The notes beneath the pieces are model-generated. The model did no database searches. It was not told where the DNA came from and saw only the letters and a program-made list of their open reading frames with translations. Made by a program: the position numbers and the translations under genes. Shown here in pieces: positions 34,101 to 44,581 of a stretch of DNA of 64,000 bases. The number at the start of each line of letters is the position of its first letter. The first letter of the stretch is position 1. The stretch covers positions 151,487-215,486 of the forward strand of contig NW_013657659.1 of NCBI RefSeq assembly GCF_000142905.1, given 5' to 3'. Source of the stretch: Thecamonas trahens ATCC 50062. Lineage: Eukaryota; Protista; Apusomonadida.

Positions 34101-37100
34101 ACATAGTCATCGTTGACATCGACGGTGATGGCGATGCCGATGTGATGGTTGCTGACAGGACAACCGGCGCCGTCACCTGGTTCGCCAACCTCGACTCGGT
34201 TGGCAGCAGCTGGAGTGGATCTATGGACATTGCGACAGTGGCCGGAGCCAAAACAATTGGTCTGGGGGATGTCGACGAGGATGGCGACATGGATATGGTT
34301 GTCGGAACTGTCGAGGGTGCTGGGGGTAGCCTGCGCTGGTTCGCCAACGTGGATGGAGCTGGAACGATGGCACCGGACCAGGTGCTTGACATCTATGTAG
34401 TGGCGAATGCGCTTGCTGTGAGTGACGTCGACAACGACGGGCATGTGGATGTGGCGGTTAACGACGGCAAGACCAACAAGATTGTGATGTACGCCAACCC
34501 AGATGGAACCGGAGCTTTTAGACGAGGTGTGTATCTACCAAGCATGTCAACGTCGTTTTTAGGGCGAACCGTTGTTGTTGCTGACGTTGACGGCGACGGC
34601 GACGCTGACGTGCTTGTCGGCATGAACCTGTTTTTGTACGTGATTTGGGGGCGGACGCGATCATGGTACACCGAGTACATGCCTCGTACACTAGAGATTG
34701 ACAACATGGTGGGCCGATGCGCCGTGGCGCCGCGCAGCGCTGGATGTCTGGCCGACAACATCCATCGCGCATCGTTGTGCACCCGAGACACGCTGCTACT
34801 GGCTGCTGGCAACTACAAGTGCACACGCAACAATCATGTTCGAGTCACGCACGATATAATCGTTGCTGGGCGCAACAGTACATTCCAATGCGGCAATGAC
34901 GAGATGCTGTTCATGGTTGGCGATGTGTCGGCGGCGACGGGCAAGACGAGTCGTCTGACCCTGGCGAACATGACAGTGTCGGGGCTGGTAGCGTCGCCAA
35001 GTGGCCGCGAAGCCGCGTCAGCAATGTTCCATGTTGAAGGACGCACGGCGACGCTTGTGCTTGACGGATCGTATGTGATCGGTCTCCGGTCGAAGGTCCG
35101 TGTTGCTGTTGCGTTGCAAGAAGGCGGACTTGCTGGGGCGGTCCTTGTGGTCGACGGCGGAACGCTAATCACCCGCGATTCAACAATCGACTCGTGCTCG
35201 GCCGAGCTGCATGGTGGCGCGGTGGTTGCGATGGGCGAGGGAAGCAAGGTCCAGCTTGTTCGATCGCGAGTCGTCAACTGCGCGGCGGACATTTCCGGCG
35301 GCGGTGTGGCGCTGATTTCCGGCGGCCTGCTCGAGGCTAACCAGACCACGTTTGTGGGTAACGTGGCCAAGGTGGGCTCTGGTGGGGCGGTGAGTGTGGA
35401 CGCGACGTCAGCGATGTCGATGAGCGATTGTTTTGTGGTGGACAACTCGGCGCCAAACGGGATCGGTGGAGGTATGGCGATCCGACCCGGCGGTCGCTCG
35501 CACTTTTCGGCGTCGACGATGGCTGACAACTTGGCGCGGATCGGCGGCGCTCTGGGCGTGGTGCCAGCGACGCTCGATGAGCGAGTTCTTGTAGCTGCAG
35601 TGCAGAATGTCGGCGTGGTGCTCGACAGTGAGGTGGTGGTGGACGCGGTAGTGACGCTGACGGACGTGAGTGTGCGGGGCAACACTGGGTTGATGGCCGG
35701 CGGTGGGCTATTGGCGTGCGGAGGCACCGTGCAGATCAAGGGCCAAGGGACCGAGTGGCGCGACAACAAGCTTGTGTTTGAGACGACCCTGGCATCGTCA
35801 GCTGATGGCTTTGTGTGCCTTCCTGAGCAAGTGGGCGCAAGCATGCCATGGATCGAGGTCGACGACGATGCCGAGGCAGCTGGCGGCGATGCACTAGCCA
35901 TCCACACCCAGCCGCAAAGGGTCGAATGGACAATGGAGCCGGCGTTGACAACACCGCTCGGGCAAGAGCTGCAAGGCACTTTTGTGGTTCGCGACGCGTT
36001 TGGTGTGGCGGTGTCGTACGCATCTGTTATGGCTGAGGTGGAGGTGGGCGGGGAGGGCGTGGTCGTTGCCTCAAGCCGTGTCGAGGTCGCGACGTCGGCC
36101 GGAGAAGTCTCTCTTCCACTGGGCAGCATGCGATGTGAGGCTGGCGCGGTTGCAGCGGCGGTGGCGTCGGGCGAGCCGCTGCCTGTGGTACAGGTGACAG
36201 TTTCGATTCCTGTGGAAGGAGCCAGGAGCTCCAGCACGGCGGCACCGGCGGTACCGACCCTAACCGGCACGAGCGCGATTGCACCATGCCCAATCAACTG
36301 GGGCTACCGATCGGGCCTTGCGTTTGTGAATGGCGAGGCGGTAGAGATCGGTGACTGCTTCCAATGCGCACCGGGCACGTTTACGCTGGCGGAAGCGCTT
36401 GAGCCGTGCAGGCCACAGCGGGAGTGCAGCGCGTTTTCAGTGGACGTGCGCGGGCGGTTCAACTCATCACGAGCAGTGTGTGTGTGTGCGGCCGGCTACA
36501 CAGTGTCTGGCTACGACAGCGATGGGATTGTGAGCTGCGCGGCGTGCCCACAAGGCGGGCTCTGTGCCGAGGGCCTTGGCGCGCCTGTGCCCGCACCGGG
36601 ATTCTACGGCGATACACGCGGAGGTAACGCGACAGTGTTTGTGCGATGCCGGCGGAAGGAAGGGTGCCCGGGCGGCTCACTGGGGCAGCAGTGCGCGAGC
36701 GGGTACACCGGGTACATGTGCAACATCTGCAAGCCGGACTACTACTCCAACTCTGCAGGCAAGTGCGTGACATGTCCGCCGGCGGCTGTCGGGGTGCTGT
36801 TTGGCGCCATTGCAGCGCTGGTAACAATCGGGTGTGCGGCGGCGGTGATGATCGGGATCGGCATTGCGCGGACGCGATCCGAGGCCGCGGCGCGGCTGGA
36901 GCGGAGCGACAAGGCGACACCCGAGTCGCTGCGCAACCGGGTCCTGCCTGCGAGTCTCTCGATGGTGCTTGTGGTCTTTCAGGTACTCGGCATTCTGAGC
37001 GATGCCGACTTTGGGTGGTCATCGTCGAGTCGGGCGGCGCTAAGCGTGTTCAATGCGGCCAACGTGGATGTCAACCTCTTTGCGTCCGAGTGCTCGCTCT

Positions 37101-38275
37101 CGAGCTTCCACGCCAAGTATGCAGCGAGCGTGGCGCTGCCGCTGATGGTGATGGCGGTGGTGATGATTGGGCTCGTGGGGCTCAAGTACTGGGCGCAGCG
37201 TGGGCTGGATCTGTTCGGGCTCGACGAGCTCAAGTTTATGCGGATCAAGACGCTTGTGGACGCGGCGTTGTTTACGGTTGCGCCGCTGCTGTACATTCCG
37301 ATGGCGCGGGCGGCGTTTGTCATGTTTGATTGCACGCGGCTGCCGAACGGGGCGTTTGTACTCGACGTGGATCCGGGCGTGTCGTGCTTTGACGCGAAGT
37401 GGTTGAGCGTGCTGCCTGTGGGCGTGCTCAGCCTTGTATGCTACGTCTTTGGCGTGCCGGCGTACTTTCTGTGGTGCCTGGTCCAGCATCGGCACAACTT
37501 GCTTGAAGCAGCAACGTTTGCGCAGTTTGGGGCGCTGTACAAGCTGTACCGCATGCGGTACTCGTGGGGCGGGGTGGCTGATCTGGGCAAGCGGCTTGCG
37601 ATTGTGATTGCAGCCATTTTCATGTCCGAGTACCAGCTTGCGCAGATTGGGCTTCTCCTCGCGGTCTTGCTTGTCTCGCTTGTAGTGGTCAACCGGCTGC
37701 AGCCGTACTACTATCCGCTGTACAACGGAGTGGACTTTCGCCTAACGGCGATGCTTGTGGTAGTGCTCTTGCTGGGCGGAGCGAGCTATGCGGAGCGGTC
37801 GAGTCCCGGCGAGGCGCAGACGATGGTGTTTGCGGGCGTGGTCCTTGCGTTGGTGGCACTGATGGGCGTGGCGGTCCACTCTGTAGTGATGGACGTCGTC
37901 CAGATCTCACTGGCAAAGCAGGGCAAGTACTCTGCGGCGCGGGATCGGGTGCACCAGCTGGCGATGGCGATTGAGCGCGAGATGGTGGACATGGACGCAG
38001 AGCTCGCGCCTGTGGCGCAGTCTGCGATCGAGGGCTTTACTGCCGAGGCGCCTGTGCGGGTCCACCGGTCGGACAGCATCTCGCTCGACTTTCTTGCCGA
38101 GCGCAAGGGCTCGCTCTCGATGATGGGCACGGCCTTTACCGACTCTGACGCACTCGACATTGAGCTGGACTCGCTCGCGCACGTGGCGCTGGGATCGTCT
38201 ACCACGCCGCGGCCGGCGTCGTCGGCGTCGACGTTTTGCCTCGAGTCTGGTTCGGACGATGCCGATGTGGTGTAG
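31200..38275 (+). CDS. Giant surface protein 1: signal peptide, ~20 FG-GAP/VCBS repeats, beta-helix, Cys-rich repeats, ~7 TM; frameshift at ~32959
   Basis: Many DxDGDGDxD and WFxNxxGxGxF repeats, GGA/N repeats, CxxCPxG repeats, multi-TM C-terminus. ORFs 31200-33080 and 32807-38275 join when one T is added (QWFSNLGGTGSFG). Confidence 0.85.
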
Positions 38276-38336
38276 CGGCCTTGGCTCGAAGGCTCGATCA
38301 AATACAAACAGGAGCGGAGCGAAGCAGAGTAGAGTG

Positions 38337-39944
38337 CTACGACGGTGGGAGGCGGGAGGGCGAGAAGCGAGCGACGAGGGCGAGGGCGACGCCGAGGGTG
38401 GCTGGGTCGGAGAGCACGTCGCGAGCGCGCGGCGAGGGGTCAAGCTCGGGCGCGGGAGATGCAACAAGGGCAGCCAGCGGAGCGATGAGGGGCAGAATGT
38501 TGAAGAGGCGAGTGGCGAGGTGCGAGGGCGAGCCGAGGTGGGCGCGCGGCGAGGGCGGCGAGAGGAGGTAGGGGGCGAGTGCAGCGGCGAGTGCGACGGC
38601 CTCGGTCTCTGCGGGCGGGGCGGCGTGCTTCTTGCGCTTGCGCGGGTGCATGTAACCTCCAGAGATTTCCTCTTCGGCGTCGTCGTCGAGAACAGGGATG
38701 GCGGTAGGGAGCGAGGCCGAGGCGGCGACCGAGTGCGGCGAGGGCGGGCCCGAGCGGGGACGCTTACGCGAGGCCGAGGGCGGCGGCGGCGGGGCAAAGA
38801 GCGGCGAGACGTCGACGCGGACCGAGTCGGGGCGACAGAGGCAGGGGCGGGCGGCGAGGGCGTGCTCGAGCCAGCCGACGTTAGCAAAGTTGACCGATTC
38901 GGCGAGGTTGAGGCCGCAGTTGAAGCCGGCGTGGTAGGCACCGGCTAGGGTGACGACGAGCTCGCCGGCGCGGTGATAGACGCGGGTGTAGGGGATGTTC
39001 TCGCGGTCGAGGACGGAGGGGGCAACGACGCACGACTTGTGGCGGAGAAACTCGCGGCAGGCGTCGGCCTCGCGCGGGAAGAGCTTGCGCATGAGGACCT
39101 CAAACTTGTGCTGAGCTGACGGCGGGACGACGTACCAAACCTTGGGTGCGCCGAGCACAATGGCGTTGACCGAGTACGCGTTGGCGTCCTCGAGGTGCCA
39201 GGCAAACATGGCGCCAAACATGCCGGCGTAGAGCATGGGCGTGGTGACGCCGAGCATGCCGTCGGTCCCAAGCGCGTCGTGGTTGAGTAGCGAGCGCATC
39301 TCGGGGAGCGAGAACGGAACGCCCGGCTCAAAGAGTGATCCCGGGACGTCTGCGCCGTATGTCGGCGAGCGGCCGCGGATGCGGCGCCAAAAGTGGGCTT
39401 CGAGCGCCTTGATCTGGGCGTCGGAGAGCGGGAGCGAGGGCAGCGAGTTGGCGGATGACGACGCAGACGACGGGCTCTCCCGAGCAGCCGGGCTCGATGA
39501 CAAAGGTAGATCCTTTGGACGAGTCCGGGCATCGTACTTTGCAGCCTGTGCGGCAAAGGCCGACCACGACTTTGAGGCCTTGGGCTCGTGACGGACGACG
39601 TACACGCCCTTTGCACCGGTGACCGACTGGAGAATGGGCGTGCGAATGCGGAGGCCAGCGACACGAGCGAGCAGAGGCTCCGACACAGCATCGAGTGAGT
39701 GCGGATGCGACGAGAGCGTTGTCATTTCAGGCTTTCCACCACCACTGCCACTGCCTCCCTTTGGAGGGAGGGACTCCAAGCCGAGGGGAGACCAGCCAGG
39801 CGGAGCCACCACCTTGAGCACACCCCTTGCCCTCACAGCAGGAGCATGTTCCACCGTAGCGATGTATGCAGCAAAGTTGGGGTATGCCGCAAGGTCTGCG
39901 GCCGAGGGGCGAAAGATGCATGACTCCGGGAGGGGTACCTCCAT
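38337..39944 (-). CDS. JmjN/JmjC histone lysine demethylase, KDM4/Rph1-like, without PHD or Tudor domains
   Basis: IFRPS...GVLKVVAPPGW (JmjN); YGADVPGSLF, GVTTPMLYAGM, FAWHLED, KVWYVVPP, AYHAGFNCGLNLAESVNFA. The start lies next to a gap. Confidence 0.92.
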   Translation of the reverse strand: MEVPLPESCIFRPSAADLAAYPNFAAYIATVEHAPAVRARGVLKVVAPPGWSPLGLESLPPKGGSGSGGGKPEMTTLSSHPHSLDAVSEPLLARVAGLRIRTPILQSVTGAKGVYVVRHEPKASKSWSAFAAQAAKYDARTRPKDLPLSSSPAARESPSSASSSANSLPSLPLSDAQIKALEAHFWRRIRGRSPTYGADVPGSLFEPGVPFSLPEMRSLLNHDALGTDGMLGVTTPMLYAGMFGAMFAWHLEDANAYSVNAIVLGAPKVWYVVPPSAQHKFEVLMRKLFPREADACREFLRHKSCVVAPSVLDRENIPYTRVYHRAGELVVTLAGAYHAGFNCGLNLAESVNFANVGWLEHALAARPCLCRPDSVRVDVSPLFAPPPPPSASRKRPRSGPPSPHSVAASASLPTAIPVLDDDAEEEISGGYMHPRKRKKHAAPPAETEAVALAAALAPYLLSPPSPRAHLGSPSHLATRLFNILPLIAPLAALVASPAPELDPSPRARDVLSDPATLGVALALVARFSPSRLPPS

Positions 39945-40009
39945 GAGGGGGGGGTGGGGGGGGAGGGAGGGGTGTGTGACGGTTGGCGGAGAGGGAGGAA
40001 GGAGGGGGG

Positions 40010-40109
40010 NNNNNNNNNNNNNNNNNNNNNNNNNNNNNNNNNNNNNNNNNNNNNNNNNNNNNNNNNNNNNNNNNNNNNNNNNNNNNNNNNNNNNNNNNNN
40101 NNNNNNNNN
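40010..40109. other. Assembly gap (100 N)
   Basis: Run of N. Confidence 1.
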
Positions 40110-40443
40110 GGGGGGGGAGGTGTGTGTGTGTGTGCGTGTGTGTGTATGGGTAGTGTGTGTGTGGGATGGTGATGTGAAGGTGATGATGGTGATGGTGATG
40201 GGATGATGGTGATGGTGGTGATGGTGGTGTTGGTGGTGTGGCTGTGAGTGCGACTTGGCAGGAGCAGGGCCACTGGCAGGGGGGGATGGGTACGTAGCCT
40301 ACGACAGCATTCGGCACAGCCCGCCCCACCTCCACCCACCTCACCCCACCCCACCCCAACTCCACCACCCCTCACCCCCTCACCCCCCCCCACCCCCACC
40401 CCCTCCCTCCCCTCCCCTCCCCCTACCTTTCCCCCACACAACC

Positions 40444-40898
40444 ATGGCCTCCCACGGTGTGCCCATCAAGCTCCTCCATGAAGCCGAAGGTACGCCCTCT
40501 CTCTCTCTCCCCCCCCCTCCCCTCCCTCCCCTCCCTCCCCTCCTCCATACTCACTATCTCTTGTATGTACACACGTATGTATATGTGTCTGGGTGTTTCT
40601 CTCTCTCTCTCTCTGTGTGTGTGTAGGCCACAAGGTGACGCTGGAGACAAAGGCCGGTGACGTCTATCGCGGGCTGCTCGACGAGGCCGACGACTCGATG
40701 AACGTCTTCCTCAAGGAGGTGGTCAAGCGGGCCAAGGACGGATCAAAGTCGTCGCTGGGATCGGCCTTTATTCGTGGCTCGCAGGTCCGCTACGTCATCC
40801 TCCCCTCCATTCTCACCCACGCGCCCATGCTCCGTCGCATGGACAAGGCCAACAACATCGGCCTCGGCATCTCCCAGCCGCCCTCGGCCCGTCAGTAG
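40444..40898 (+). CDS. SNRPD3: Small nuclear ribonucleoprotein Sm D3; join(40444..40489,40627..40898)
   Basis: GVPIKLLHEAEG|HKVTLETKAGDVYRG...FIRGSQVRYVILPSILTHAPML; GTACGC...TAG phase-1 intron. Confidence 0.93.
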
Positions 40899-41481
40899 CT
40901 GGCTTCTCTCCCGCCGCACGCCGGCTCACATCCTTGCACTTGCATCTGTCCACCTGGAGCCCCTTCGATGAGGTGATGGAGGATGGCAAGCAGGTGCCGC
41001 CGACGAGTCGTCTGCTAGCCACATCGACGATCGGCTCATCGCCACTCTGTACCACCCCTAATGACACACCACAAATACCGCCATTGGGCCCTGTCCACCC
41101 CTCCCTCCTCTCTAGTCCGAGCCCTTGCCTTATGATCCCTCTCCCGTGAGAACCTCAACCTCGATGCTTCCTCCATCACCCCGCCTCCAAACCTGAGCGA
41201 TGCGGCTGGCACGCGACCATGCCAACAGCTCCGATGGCGTCGATACAATCAGCGCCGGAGAAGCGGAAAGTCGCCCACGCACCCTTTGATGATGAGGTGC
41301 GACGACGGCGACGTACGGCCCTCTGGGCGCTCGTGTGTACGTGAGCGTGCGGCTGTGGCTCATGTTCCTGCGGGTGACCGTGCCAATCGGCACGAAACGC
41401 AGGGACTGAAGGCCAGCGCAGTACATGCGAGGAAATCTCAAGTCGTCGAGCCAGCCGAGCACCCCGCTTGGCGGCAGTTGA

Positions 41482-41559
41482 GGGTGTTCTCCACTCCATC
41501 CGGCTCAGATTTGGTCAGTTGGGTGTTCTCCACTCCATCCGGCTCAGATTTGGTCAGTT
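41482..41559 (+). repeat. Perfect 39-bp tandem duplication upstream of the lipocalin
   Basis: GGGTGTTCTCCACTCCATCCGGCTCAGATTTGGTCAGTT x2. Confidence 0.95.
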
Positions 41560-41689
41560 GCGTTGGGCTGACGCCACACCATGTCACGCCATTATCCATT
41601 CCGTTCCCTCGGCACGCCCCTCCCGCACCCGCTCTCAGCGCCACCACAGAGAGATCGCACACTCAACTCTCAAGCACTTTTGCACCACC

Positions 41690-42367
41690 ATGTCCCCTAT
41701 CATCTACCTGGCGGTCACTGTGGTCGTCCTCGTTGTCACCTGCCCCGTCAACTCGAACGGATTCTCCTGCCCCAAGGTCCCCACCAACGATACGGTTGAC
41801 CTGGAGGCCTACATGGGGTACGTTTCCTCGGCGTTTCTTTTTTTCGGCCACGTGCGACTCCTCGTCATCACCCGTGTCACACTCACCGACGGAGCGATGG
41901 ACTTGCGCAGAACGTGGTACCAGATCGCGACCAATGCTGCGTTCCAGAAGAAGTTTGAAAAGGGCCTTGTGTGCGAGACGGCCGAGTACACACTCGAGCC
42001 GTCCGGCACTGTCAAGGTCAACAACTCGGGCCGCATCGACTCGGTTTCTGGCCCGCTCAAGTCGGCCATCGGCAAGGCTGTTCAGGTCTCCGGCGGCAAG
42101 CTCAAGGTCTCGTTCTTCCTCGACATCTTCGGCCCGTACTGGATCACCCAGCTCTACGGCGACGCTGCATCTGGCTACTCGGTTGCAGTCATCTGGTCGT
42201 GCGAGGAGAAGTTTGGCATTGGCGAGCGCGACCTGTGGATCCTCTCCCGCACGCCGCAGCTCCCTGCCGATCTCCAGCCGGCGCACCTCTACGACGTCGC
42301 CCGCGGCATGGGCATCGACGTCGAAAGCCTCGACATGGTCCCCACCCTCCAGGCCGGGTGCTGGTGA
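41690..42367 (+). CDS. Secreted lipocalin (ApoD/Blc-like); join(41690..41817,41911..42367)
   Basis: Signal peptide; splicing the 93-nt GTACGT...GCAG intron gives DLEAYMGTWYQIA (SCR1); also CETAEY, GKLKVSFF, PYWI and LWILSRTP (SCR3). Confidence 0.92.
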   Translation: MSPIIYLAVTVVVLVVTCPVNSNGFSCPKVPTNDTVDLEAYMGYVSSAFLFFGHVRLLVITRVTLTDGAMDLRRTWYQIATNAAFQKKFEKGLVCETAEYTLEPSGTVKVNNSGRIDSVSGPLKSAIGKAVQVSGGKLKVSFFLDIFGPYWITQLYGDAASGYSVAVIWSCEEKFGIGERDLWILSRTPQLPADLQPAHLYDVARGMGIDVESLDMVPTLQAGCW

Positions 42368-42469
42368 GCATGCCCCGAGCCACAGTGGTAAACTGAAGAT
42401 CTGCGACTTGGCGCGCACCAGTGGCAGTCTATCCCTTGGAACGGTCGTTCGGACGCGTTGTCGCGCATC

Positions 42470-43112
42470 TCAAAGTGAACAATTCGATGATGCTTGACTT
42501 CAAGGTCACCGGCCGACGCTGCGCGACGCATGCGTGGCCTGCGGCTTGAGGCGGGAGGCGCGCCCGATGCGTGATCGCTGCCGACACGTAGATGCCTGCC
42601 TGAAGAATGCCCGAGCTGCCGTCACGGTGACAGACGCCTGGGAGCATGGGCAAGGCACGCGATGTGCCGTACGGTGCCGATCCGGAGGACCGGCGGGCGC
42701 GGACGGTGCGGAGCCTGTCGTTGATGGCCCCGACGACCGGGAAGGAGAGCATGACATAGTTGAACACAGCGGCCAGAGGGGAGAGCGCGAGGACGTCTTA
42801 CGACGGACGAGCTTGCCGGTCGGCGTGGCCGCGCAAGCGGTGGATTCTGGACGCCGCGTATGCGCTCTACGCTGATGCGAGCCCACGCCCCACCATGACT
42901 TGCGTGGCTTTTCTCTACGACATCATCGACGCCCTCGCCGCCAGCGCCGACGCCGTCAGCTCCGCGCCGTCGCGCAAGCGTCCCTCTGCAGCGGCTGCTC
43001 GTCATCATCACTTTCTCCAGCGAGCCGCCGTGCGACGAGACTGCCTCGCCTGTCGTGGAGCGCGTCTTGCGCGATGGACAAAATAGTCCTTTTCGTACCG
43101 TAAAGGGTTTAA
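42470..43112 (+). mobile_element. Possible decayed piggyBac-like transposon remnant
   Basis: Fragment RTSY...SAWPRKRWILDAAYALY...FLYDIIDAL...HHFLQ..RRDCLAC resembles a piggyBac transposase C-terminus; the segment ends AAAGGGTTTAA. No convincing left TIR was found. Confidence 0.3.
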
Positions 43113-44119
43113 GCGTTGGCCGCGCGCAGCTGCTCAAAGCGTTTGCGAGCCTTGACTGTGGCGGCCGCGAGGTCGAGGAACGCCTTGTCCCACATTCCGC
43201 AGATGACCTTGTACTTGATGGTTGGCGGACCCCACCACGAGCCGAGCCAGCCCGAGGCGGCCTCGAGGTAGTCGAGCGTTTCCCGGAGCGCGGTGCGGAT
43301 GCGGCGCAGCTTCTTGGTGGAGATGACGCAGTCACGGAGGAGCGCGTTGAGGTCGTGCGCCGCCGCCCTAAGACGCGCCGCCAGACGCTTCGGGTCGCCC
43401 GAAAGCTTGTCCGGCTTGTACCCGCGGACTTTGTACAGCAGCGCGCGGCACTGACCGGCGATCTTGGCCCGTTCCTCAGCCTTGGCCTCTTCGTCGTCCG
43501 ACGAGCTGCTCGCGTCGCCCTTGGCCTTGGCCTTGGGCTTGGCCGACTTGTGAGACTTGTGAGACTTGCGCGACTTGCGCGACTTGGACTTGCGTGACTT
43601 GGACTTGCGCGACTTGGACTTGCGCGACTTGCGCGACTTGCGCGACTTGGCCTTGCGCGACTTGGTCTTGTGTGATGCCGGAGTGAGGGTGTCGGCTTCG
43701 GCTTCGGCGTCGGCGTTTGTGTCGGCGTCGTCGCCCGAGTCAGAGTGGGCAGCATGGACCGACGCAGCGGCGAGAAGAGCCTTGAGCTCTTCGATTTCGC
43801 GGGCCTGTGCCTCGACTGTGGCCTTGAGGTCCGGCTCGGAGGCGGCCGGCTCGGCGCTGGGCGCATCGTCGTCGTCATCGCCGCTGTAGCTGGCGCTGGA
43901 CTCGCCGGACACTGCGGCTTCTTTCGGCTCATCAACAAAGGTAGGAGGACGGGCGGGCTCGACCAGGGTCTTCTCTGCGTCGGGATTGGCAAGCATCGAC
44001 TCGGTCGGCGGCTTGTGCGGCATTTCACTCTCCTGCGGATCCACAGGAGGCACGGAAGCCTCAGCAGGCTCGGCCATGGCAGCAGCAGGCTCGGCCATGG
44101 AAGCAGCAGAGCCAGCCAT
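43109..44119 (-). CDS. Hypothetical protein with acidic N-terminus, (KSR)n basic repeat and helical C-terminal domain
   Basis: About 336-aa ORF with codon usage typical of the window; no family recognised. Confidence 0.7.
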   Translation of the reverse strand: MAGSAASMAEPAAAMAEPAEASVPPVDPQESEMPHKPPTESMLANPDAEKTLVEPARPPTFVDEPKEAAVSGESSASYSGDDDDDAPSAEPAASEPDLKATVEAQAREIEELKALLAAASVHAAHSDSGDDADTNADAEAEADTLTPASHKTKSRKAKSRKSRKSRKSKSRKSKSRKSKSRKSRKSHKSHKSAKPKAKAKGDASSSSDDEEAKAEERAKIAGQCRALLYKVRGYKPDKLSGDPKRLAARLRAAAHDLNALLRDCVISTKKLRRIRTALRETLDYLEAASGWLGSWWGPPTIKYKVICGMWDKAFLDLAAATVKARKRFEQLRAANA

Positions 44120-44461
44120 TGGCGGTGAAGGTGGCACTAAGCGATGCGGTCTAGGCCTAGATCAAGCCAGGCGTCTCTCGCTTGAGTCGAGTCAGCAGAC
44201 GATGACGGCGGCGGCAGGGGAAGAGCAGACGTCGGGCCCGGAGCAGAAGCTGACGCAGAGGAAGCAACGTCCGAAGAATGAGCACCACCAGCTGAGCCGT
44301 GCGGAGAAGAAGCACCGATGGGGTTCAGGGGAAGCTGTTCGCGTCGCCACTCGTCGTCCACCACGTCGATCAGCCTCTGGTCCCTGTGGTAGTGGTGAAG
44401 GCCAGCGTCCTGTGAGGGGAGGAGGGAGGGTGAGGAGAGGGTAAGTGTATTACGCTTTCAC

Positions 44462-44522
44462 GTGTGTGCGTGTGTATATGTGTATGTATGTATGTATGTA
44501 TGTATGAGTGTGTGTGTGTGCG
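44462..44522 (+). repeat. (TG)n/(TATG)n microsatellite
   Basis: Direct reading. Confidence 0.9.
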
Positions 44523-44581
44523 CGCGTACCATGGAGAGGTGTGGCGGGGCGAGTGGTCGCGGTGAGGCGGGCACCGTGTCC

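Noticed and set aside
31200-38275. Calling the FG-GAP proteins integrin alpha
   Set aside because: They have too many blades, no thigh/calf plus single TM plus GFFKR tail, and end in a multi-TM domain.
40934-41480. Coding-looking fragments between SmD3 and the lipocalin
   Set aside because: They are short, interrupted and have no recognisable motif; possibly a decayed gene, but unsupported.
42430-42450. CCCTTGGAACGGTCG as left TIR of the piggyBac-like remnant
   Set aside because: It matches the reverse complement of the right end only weakly and has no adjacent TTAA.
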